NCBI RefSeq assembly: GCF_006345805.1
Contig: NC_043009.1
Span: 15,314,001 to 15,378,000 of the forward strand
Source of the DNA: Octopus sinensis
Lineage: Eukaryota
Length of the DNA stretch: 64,000 nt
Reading direction: 5' to 3'
In this document: positions 62,323 through 64,000 of the stretch, one piece after another
How the letters are laid out: each line of letters opens with the position of its first letter
Numbering within the stretch: position 1 is the stretch's first letter
The notes under the pieces: model-generated
What the model was told of the DNA's origin: nothing
Seen by the model: the letters and a program-made list of their open reading frames with translations, nothing else
Databases searched by the model: none
Program-made: the position numbers and the translations under genes

Positions 62323-63349
62323 ATATTATATAATTGCCATTACTGTATTGATATATAAAATAAAACATGCAACTCACTTATTATTGTCAAGTGTATATAT
62401 ATAAAATCCTATGTCCCTCTGCATGTCTGTTTGTTCCAAGTGCGCTCTCAAACGGCCCCACCAAATCAAATCAATTTTTGCAAAGTAATAGTATCACTCC
62501 CCACGTGTGTCAAAATGTATTTTTTCATTTCCATTAAAACAATATAACATTTCATGCACATAATCTTTCTATAGTCATCTATAGTACAATACATTTTATA
62601 TGAGTGAATATGCGTCTGTGTGTGTGTATGTGTTTGCGCATCGGATACGTACGAGATAGTAAAGGACATTTTACACCACGACGACGGCGGTGTCACCATT
62701 TGTATGTGCGTGTATATGTCTCTGTGAGTGTATGTGTGTGGGTATATGAGTGTGTATGTTTCTCTGACTGTGTGTTTCCATATTAGGTACGTTATTAAAC
62801 ATACACACACATCTACACATAAATGTGACAACTGCATGAGTGAATGTATGTCTTTTGAGTCTTTTACTACATGTATATGACTGTGTGTCAGAGTGTACGC
62901 GTGCGCATCGTCTCATTTTGTATATGCATGTGTTTGTGTATGTTACTGTTTGTGTGTTTGCATACCCGTTACGTAAGTTATAAAACACACGCATACATCG
63001 ACACATACATATACATATCTGACAAGAATGGTTGGAGGTGAAACTCTTGACAAAATACCATTAGGTGCATATCAATTAGGTGTATATCAAAATACACCAT
63101 TCAATTAGCAGTTCATAATTATCGCAGACGTTGCAAGGTTGCAAGTTAGTTACAGTTTGCTTATAATTGGTTAAATTACACTGCATACAAAAATACAGAT
63201 ATACTACATACATACAACTGCTTACAAAATTAGAGACTTATGCATAATTTTATCCTATGGTCATAATTCTTTTTTTAATATTGAAAAGATTGTGTCACCA
63301 AAGAAAAAGCGTGATCTCTCCAGGAAACACCTATAAAGAACGAAGAAGT

Positions 63350-63510
63350 GCAGAAAACTATCTATCCAGATCTTAACAATTATTTCCAGGACCACAATTC
63401 ACGCGGTAGAGATAGCTCTAAGACCCTGTGGAAAGACGTAAGGAGGCATCACATGTCCTTCATTGATGACAACTCCTAAAACCGTGACAGTTGCAGGAAA
63501 ACTACCTTCA
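63350..63510 (-). mobile_element. maT/DD37D-like transposase fragment
   Basis: Minus strand FPATVTVLGVVINEGHVMPPYVFPQGLR, homologous to 23770-23915. Confidence 0.7.
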
Positions 63511-63674
63511 AATAAGATGGATGGTTGCTTTCTCTATGCTCAGATCAATATGTCAGCTATGTTTGCTAACATTTTATTGAGGTCACGACAGAACATTTCA
63601 GAACGCTGCTTTTATATATTGAGTGGTCATTCCCTCTGCACCACAATACATTATATGATATCCTTGGCACGAAA

Positions 63675-64000
63675 GCGGTGAGGTGGCAGAAACGTTAGCA
63701 CGCCGGGCGAAATGCGTAGCCGTATTTTGTCTGCCGTTACGTTGAGTTCAAATTCCTCCGAGGTCGACTTTGCCTTACATCCTTTCGGGGTCGATAAATT
63801 AAGTACCACTTACGCACTGGGGTCAATGTAATTGACTTAATCCGTTTGTCTATCCGTGTTTGTCCCCCTTGTGTTTAACCCCTTGTGGGTAGTAAAGAAA
63901 TAGGTATTTCGTCTGTCTTCACGTTTTGCGTTCAAATTCCGCCGAGGTCGACTTTGCCTTTCATCATTTCGGGGTTGATAAATTAAGTATCGACTGGTCC
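63675..64000 (+). mobile_element. SINE family 2, duplicated core, runs off the window end
   Basis: GCGGTGAGGTGGCAGAAACGTTAGCACGCCGGGCGAAATGCG..GAGTTCAAATTCC..GAGGTCGACTTTGCC..TTTCGGGGTCGATAAATTAAGTACC, repeated. Confidence 0.88.

Noticed and set aside
61677-63160. Similar segments of about 60 bp at 61677 and 63102 (ATAATTATCGCAG..GTTGCAAG)
   Set aside because: Too short and diverged to assign; likely fragments of a common repeat.

Overview
AT-rich eukaryotic non-genic DNA, dense in microsatellites and transposon relics. I found no host exon, rRNA, intact tRNA or CRISPR array that I can support, and almost all of the ORF track is microsatellite translation. The repeat families look like those I recall from octopus (coleoid cephalopod) genomes; this is an inference, not a database result. 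Recognisable elements: (i) Penelope-like elements (PLEs) of at least three kinds: a near-intact, 5'-truncated Neptune-type RT+GIY-YIG copy tandemly duplicated at 17.2-21.6 kb with hammerhead-like motifs, a decayed PLE RT at 15.0-16.5 kb, and a PLE 3' end at 53.4-54.1 kb with a tRNA-like module between stop codon and terminal repeat plus an inverted terminal-repeat copy; (ii) R4/Dong-type restriction-like-endonuclease LINEs nested in (TAA)n arrays; (iii) RTE, L1/Tx1 and Gypsy fragments; (iv) DNA transposon relics: a full-length decayed piggyBac with TTAA at both ends, mariner, Tc1, maT-like and DD41D fragments; (v) three or more tRNA-derived SINE families; (vi) several fold-back (inverted repeat) structures. 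The most interesting candidates are the PLE carrying an internal Pol III/tRNA-like module with a hammerhead-like tail, the variant hammerheads, the fold-back PLE-like termini and a tRNA-Glu-SINE composite. All family assignments come from manual translation and motif recognition; ends of decayed elements are approximate.
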